A program made the position numbers and the translations under genes. Positions 59,012-64,000 of a stretch of DNA of 64,000 nucleotides are shown here, piece after piece; the stretch's first letter is position 1; every line of letters begins with the position of its first letter. The stretch comes from Patescibacteria group bacterium (GTDB lineage: Bacteria > Patescibacteriota > Patescibacteriia > UBA10025 > JAHIVO01): contig JBAZWB010000001.1 of assembly GCA_041660605.1 (NCBI GenBank), positions 558,503 through 622,502 on the forward strand, in the 5' to 3' direction. The notes under the pieces were generated by a model. It saw only the letters and a list, made by a program, of their open reading frames with translations. It did no database searches and was not told the origin of the DNA.

Positions 59012-60019
59012 TTAAATTTTCAGTATTAAATTTTCCATTACAAGATTTGGATTTGATGATTTACTAATTAGTATTTTAGAAAAATTTATTTCTTTAATAA
59101 TATTGACTATTTTTTCAAAATTTATTTTTTTTGAAATACTTAATATTTTCTGTTTGTAAAAAATATTAGTTAACTCATTATTTTTATAATAGCATAGCAA
59201 GAAATCCCGATAAATTGAAAGCCAAATATCTAATAATTCCTTATATAACGAAACATCTTTTTTGATCTTAAAGATACCGATTATCCCGTTTAAAATGGAA
59301 AATTTATCATTAATATTGGAATTTATAATTTCAAACAAAAGGTCCAAGCTATCCTTTTTTTCATTAATTATTGCGTCTGTACTTAAAATTATTTTTGCCA
59401 GACCGGGACGCCCCATGCATAAATGGGCAATATCATTGGCTTTATTCTTATCATTACCTTGCATGATCAGCCAATTTTCAATATTTATCGTTGAAACAAG
59501 ATTAAATTTAATACTTTGGCATCTGGAAATAATCGTTTTAGGCAGTAAATGCAGATTATTCGCAATTAAAATGATAATAGTATTGGACGAAGGCTCCTCA
59601 AGAGTTTTCAAAAGCGCATTGGCAGCTTCTTCTGACATTAATTCAGCATGGTCGATTATAGCCACCTTATAGTTAGTTAAAAATGATCTTAGGGAAAGCT
59701 TTCTCTGCAATTCGCGAATTTGCTCAATCGTAATTTTCTGCTTATCGCTTTCTTTTTTAACAATGGAAATATCAGCATGAATGTTTTTCTCGATTTGCTC
59801 GCAAGCCGGGCAAGAAAGGCACGGTTTTTTATTTTTACTTGCCTGGCATAATAAGGAAGTTGCGGCATACTTAGCCATAGTAAACTTGCCGAGATGATCA
59901 GGCCCATGGAATAGATAGGCGTGGGACATATTCTGCAATGTCAGTGATAGCTGCAGGTAATTCTTTATTTGGCTATTCCCCAGCAATGGCCAATGATAGT
60001 AGTTTTTTTGATTATCCAT
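59012..60019 (-). CDS. holB: DNA polymerase III delta' subunit
   Basis: HAYLFHGP..LGK, C..C..C, AANALLKTLEEP and TIISRC. Confidence 0.92.
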   Translation of the reverse strand: MDNQKNYYHWPLLGNSQIKNYLQLSLTLQNMSHAYLFHGPDHLGKFTMAKYAATSLLCQASKNKKPCLSCPACEQIEKNIHADISIVKKESDKQKITIEQIRELQRKLSLRSFLTNYKVAIIDHAELMSEEAANALLKTLEEPSSNTIIILIANNLHLLPKTIISRCQSIKFNLVSTINIENWLIMQGNDKNKANDIAHLCMGRPGLAKIILSTDAIINEKKDSLDLLFEIINSNINDKFSILNGIIGIFKIKKDVSLYKELLDIWLSIYRDFLLCYYKNNELTNIFYKQKILSISKKINFEKIVNIIKEINFSKILISKSSNPNLVMENLILKI

Positions 60020-60133
60020 AAGCTAATAAAAAATTCTCCTGCTTAAATCAGTATAATATAAAATAACATAAACAGGTATATTTTGCAAGTATGCAAAAAA
60101 CAGACATTCTAGAAGATAGATACCAATGCTGTA

Positions 60134-61321
60134 TTACGCAAAGAGGGTTTTTATTTGTTTTGCGCTAGTTTCCCAGGAATATTTAATTATATTTTTAAGA
60201 CCATTCTGAATCATTAATGATCTTAGTTTCTTGTCATTTATGAGGGTATCGATTGATTGCGCTAAATTCTCTAAATTATCAGGGTTTATTAGCAAGGCGG
60301 CATTTCCGCTTACTTCCTTCATTGCCCCAAAATTTGATGTAATAACAGGTATTTGACAGGCCATAGCTTCGATAATAGGTATGCCAAAGCCTTCATACCT
60401 TGAAGGAAAAACAAATAAATCTGCAGCATTCATGATGTAAGGCAAATCATTCTCTCCAACCCATCCGGGCATGATGATTTTTTCATTTAAATTTAAATTA
60501 TCAATCAATTTTTTTATTTCACTGAATCCATTACCTGGGTTACCGATCAAAATAAGTTTATGGCTGTTTTTTATTTTTTTAATAAAAATTGAAAACGCTT
60601 TTATTAATTCAATTGTTCCTTTTTTATACTCAAGTCTTCCAATATTAAGTAAAAAGGGTGTTGTAATTTGATACTTCTTTAAAACTGATTTAATTTTCTC
60701 AAGATTGTCAATTTTTTTATAATCTTGATTGAAGCCATTATAAATCACCTTGATTTTGTCCGGATTAACATGAAATTTATCAATTATTTGAATTTTGGAA
60801 AAATTTGATACTGTGACTATAGTTTTTGCTTTTAAAGCTAATCTGGTTGACCAGCGATGATAATCCAATTCATTATTACTATACCTTCCTAAGGTAAATA
60901 CTTTAACCAAGATATAAATAATTCTTTTGATCAGGCTATTGTCTGGGCCTATTAATTTTTGGGAATAAAATTCTGGATTATTTTCAAAACCAACGTCGTG
61001 CAAAGTGGCAATCGTATTGCTGGGATGAATGATGGGAATCGTATGCGCTGAAACGTAAAGAACATCAACTTCATGGAAAAGCATCTCCCAACTTAATCGC
61101 AGTTGCGTCCATAAGTATTTAGGATTCCATTTCAGCACTTTATTTTTAAAATTAACAGGAAGAACGGATAAATCGCCAATCAGCGGTTCTTTTGAATATA
61201 AAATATACTGATCATGCGGATCAGCAATCTTTTTTAATTCCTGGATAATATGGTAAGAAACCCACTCAGTTCCAGTTTTTTTTTGAATATTGGCTCTGGA
61301 AGCATCAATCCCGATAAGCAT
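60134..61321 (-). CDS. GT4 family glycosyltransferase
   Basis: GRLEYKKG and EGFGIPIIEAMA. Confidence 0.92.
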   Translation of the reverse strand: MLIGIDASRANIQKKTGTEWVSYHIIQELKKIADPHDQYILYSKEPLIGDLSVLPVNFKNKVLKWNPKYLWTQLRLSWEMLFHEVDVLYVSAHTIPIIHPSNTIATLHDVGFENNPEFYSQKLIGPDNSLIKRIIYILVKVFTLGRYSNNELDYHRWSTRLALKAKTIVTVSNFSKIQIIDKFHVNPDKIKVIYNGFNQDYKKIDNLEKIKSVLKKYQITTPFLLNIGRLEYKKGTIELIKAFSIFIKKIKNSHKLILIGNPGNGFSEIKKLIDNLNLNEKIIMPGWVGENDLPYIMNAADLFVFPSRYEGFGIPIIEAMACQIPVITSNFGAMKEVSGNAALLINPDNLENLAQSIDTLINDKKLRSLMIQNGLKNIIKYSWETSAKQIKTLFA

Positions 61322-62329
61322 TTATTTGGTCGATAAGATACTTTTTTTATATGATTCTAAATTTTCCAGAGCGACACCAGTTCCCTTGGCTACACATAAA
61401 TGAGCGTCATCAGCCAGAAAAGCCGGAATACCAGTAGCTTGCGATAATAATTTGTCCATGTTCTTAAGCAATGACGTACCACCGGATAAGACCATTCCTT
61501 TGTCCATTATATCAGCGGATAATTCCGGAGGAGTTTCCTGCAAAACGGATTTTACAGCCTGGATAATGCCGGCTAATTCATCCTGAATAGCTTCTGTCAC
61601 GTCATCGCTTTCTACGGTTACTATTTTTGGCAAACCCTGCACGGAATCACGCCCTCTGATTTCTGTAAATAATTTTTCTTCCAACGGCAAGGCCGAGCCA
61701 ACGCTTATTTTTAAATCTTCCGCAGTCCTTTCGCCAATATTTAAATTATATTTTTTTCTGATAAATTCTTGTATGGCCGCGTCTAGTTTATTCCCCCCAA
61801 TTCTTACCGATGCGTTTGCCACGATGCCACCAAGCGATATTATCGCCACTTCCGAGGTGCCACCGCCCATATCTACTATCATATGGCCTGAAGCCGAACC
61901 AATGGGTATATTTGCGCCGATAGCGGCGGCAATAGGCTCTTTTATTATATAAGCCGCTTTAGCGCCTGCCTGAAGGGTCGCTTCAATGACTGCGCGCCTC
62001 TCGGTCGAGGTAATGCCAGCCGGCACTGCAATCATAACCTCCGGCCGGAAAAAGCGTACGCCCCCTAGCGCCTTATTGATAAAATATTTAATCATAGCCT
62101 GGGTAGTTTTGTAATCTGCGATCACGCCGTCTTTCAGCGGTCTTGAAGCAACTATAGTATCGGGAGTGCGGCCTAACATTTCCTTGGCTTCATTACCTAC
62201 GGCCATGACTTTTTTGTCAATCAAAGAGATAGCCACTACCGAAGGCTCATTAATTACAATGCCTCGCCCAGGTATATAAACTAAGGAGTATGTTGTGCCT
62301 AGATCTATTCCAAGTTTTCTGGAAAACAT
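61322..62329 (-). CDS. mreB: Second MreB/Mbl paralog
   Basis: IDLGTT, EPIAAAIGA, DMGGGT and SGGTSLL. Confidence 0.9.
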   Translation of the reverse strand: MFSRKLGIDLGTTYSLVYIPGRGIVINEPSVVAISLIDKKVMAVGNEAKEMLGRTPDTIVASRPLKDGVIADYKTTQAMIKYFINKALGGVRFFRPEVMIAVPAGITSTERRAVIEATLQAGAKAAYIIKEPIAAAIGANIPIGSASGHMIVDMGGGTSEVAIISLGGIVANASVRIGGNKLDAAIQEFIRKKYNLNIGERTAEDLKISVGSALPLEEKLFTEIRGRDSVQGLPKIVTVESDDVTEAIQDELAGIIQAVKSVLQETPPELSADIMDKGMVLSGGTSLLKNMDKLLSQATGIPAFLADDAHLCVAKGTGVALENLESYKKSILSTK

Positions 62330-62332
62330 ATG

Positions 62333-64000
62333 CTATTCTGTAATTATATTTAAATCTTTTGAAAGTTTTGTGTTAATCAATATATCATTACCCGGTCTTT
62401 CGTCAATACCCTCAACGCCAGATACTTTTGAAATTTTTCTATCCAGTTTAAAGTTGATGGTCGTGGCGTAATCTGAAGTGCCAGGCTGTTTCTGTACCAT
62501 TAAAGAATAACTGCCATTTTTTAATTGGTTTCTTACGCTTTCTGGCAATGAATATCTGAAATGCAGTGATTTTTGCTCTCCTGGCTCGATACAGATAAAT
62601 GTGCCAAAAACTGTTTTATTTAATTCTTCCAATGTTTCAACGCTCCCCTTGTCGTTTAACTTGCAGTCAACCATTTGACCTTCACTCATAATAAGTTTGG
62701 CACCCAGTGGCACGTAAATTCTTGTATAAGTGCGATAGCGGGTAGTTTTCCAGGTGATTGAACCGGTATTATTATAATTGATAGTTAAATCCGCAATCAG
62801 ATTATTACTATCTTTTTGGACTGAGTAAGAAATACTTCTTTCAATCGTTGAATCTGTTTTTAAACTGGCGAGATTTGCGTCAATTACGGAAAAATAGTCT
62901 CCAGTGGTTTCATAAATTTTTCCTCCCCAATTTTCTTTATTTACATAATTTTCAATATAGCTATCCTTGATATAAACCAAGAGTTGCTTTTCATCAATAT
63001 TTTTTGAAATTACCGTCCATAAGTCGGGCCACTTGCTTTTTGGCAGATCCAAGACTTTTTCCAGAATTTTTGAAGATAAAGTTCCGATAATTTCTTTTCT
63101 TTCTGACTCAGCCAGTCCCTGTCGCAGAAAACCCTGTTCAACTTGATATTGCAATGTTTCAACTAAATTTGATGAATTAAAAGAAAGGCCATTAACCTTG
63201 ATATCACCAGTTAAAGTCAGCAAAGACTGGATAAATGATGGAGTTACGGCAATGATACCGTCAATATTGTTCTCGGGGCCTTTCTCCTGATGATAGAACC
63301 ACTCCGCCTTCTGCGCAGTTGTAGGAAAATCAGGTGACCAATTGGAATCTCTGAAATACCACTGATGGATAGCATTGTAGCGCGTCAGAGGCCAGGGTGG
63401 TTCTACGTTAAGCCAGGCTTCAGCAGGCTTATCCAGATTATAGGAATTATCGGTATTGAATTCTTTAATATCGCCGTCTTTAACCTTTAAAATTCCATAA
63501 GTACCAATAAAACCGCCAGTCGGACGCAGTTCAGTATTATTCTGCAGCAAGAATAAATATGTTTTTTGATCAGGATAGCCAGCGATGGAGGGGATTATTT
63601 GGCTGGCAGAAATACCTTCATCAAGCGCTTTTTGTAATTCACCGGATTTTTCTTTTAATGGAGTGATGATATTTTCTATTTTATTTATCAATCCTTTCTC
63701 CGGAATAGCGTCAATTTTTTCAACCGCAATGTCAATTGATTTTTTTGCGTCTTCCAGTTTTGGTTTTGCTTCATAAATATTCTGCATTAATTGATGAGTC
63801 TCCTCATCACTCAAGCTATTTAAACTGATATCGTCATTTTTTTGCAGAGGAGTAATAATGTCGATGGCTAAATCATTTACGGTGGCAATTGCATTTCCGG
63901 CATTTAATCCTGTTTGTAGTAAATTGTCTAAAGCGGAAACCTGAGTGCCTAAAAATGGAATATATTTAATCCAGCGTAATTTATTAAAATCATTGCTGGC
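62333..64000 (-). CDS. DUF4012-type protein, 5' end beyond the window
   Basis: YLFLLQNNTELRPTGGFIG, RDSNWSPDFP and QKQPG; frame stays open to the window edge. Confidence 0.85.
   Translation of the reverse strand, partial: ASNDFNKLRWIKYIPFLGTQVSALDNLLQTGLNAGNAIATVNDLAIDIITPLQKNDDISLNSLSDEETHQLMQNIYEAKPKLEDAKKSIDIAVEKIDAIPEKGLINKIENIITPLKEKSGELQKALDEGISASQIIPSIAGYPDQKTYLFLLQNNTELRPTGGFIGTYGILKVKDGDIKEFNTDNSYNLDKPAEAWLNVEPPWPLTRYNAIHQWYFRDSNWSPDFPTTAQKAEWFYHQEKGPENNIDGIIAVTPSFIQSLLTLTGDIKVNGLSFNSSNLVETLQYQVEQGFLRQGLAESERKEIIGTLSSKILEKVLDLPKSKWPDLWTVISKNIDEKQLLVYIKDSYIENYVNKENWGGKIYETTGDYFSVIDANLASLKTDSTIERSISYSVQKDSNNLIADLTINYNNTGSITWKTTRYRTYTRIYVPLGAKLIMSEGQMVDCKLNDKGSVETLEELNKTVFGTFICIEPGEQKSLHFRYSLPESVRNQLKNGSYSLMVQKQPGTSDYATTINFKLDRKISKVSGVEGIDERPGNDILINTKLSKDLNIITE

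Noticed and set aside
53936-62329. Two mreB genes as a recent duplication or novelty
   Set aside because: The proteins are clearly diverged, and multiple MreB paralogs are common in bacteria.
484-63776. Many 60-165 aa antisense or nested ORFs in the track (e.g. 16206-16703, 47097-47465, 59262-59672)
   Set aside because: They lie within well-supported genes, have no recognisable motifs and are expected shadow ORFs.
1-64000. Alternative genetic code (TGA read as Gly)
   Set aside because: Conserved genes are full length under code 11 and some end at TGA (amrA, the SRAP gene, the gene at 19471).

Overview
AT-rich bacterial chromosome segment using genetic code 11 (TGA serves as stop). Gene content and style (DUF4012, DUF2207, two MreB paralogs, short GC-rich palindromic repeats, SD-poor starts) suggest a CPR/Patescibacteria genome; this is inference. 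The window holds housekeeping genes (priA, an interrupted AmmeMemoRadiSam trio, thpR, rlmH, dinB, a stand-alone trpB, gltX, hup, ftsQ-like/ddl/alr/serS/lysS/greA, mrdA-mreDCB, proS, rseP, frr, holB), an accessory stretch at about 26.5-42.2 kb with small orphans and a tyrosine recombinase, and several structured intergenic regions. The best candidate new system is a set of three predicted ribosome-dependent attenuators with one shared design: a sigma70 promoter, a leaderless or near-leaderless leader peptide, and mutually exclusive 1:2, 2:3 and 3:4 hairpins. One has a Trp codon and precedes trpB. The other two have Tyr-Tyr or Arg-Lys-Lys at the equivalent position and precede tiny orphan proteins. 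Other observations are a ~183-nt rod-shaped candidate ncRNA, a recoded remnant of the dinB start, a PriA with degenerate helicase motifs, a receiver-TM-transglutaminase-like fusion, and a class of self-contained orphan genes with strong SD sites. No rRNA, tRNA or CRISPR array was recognised. All structures were paired by eye and no database search was run.
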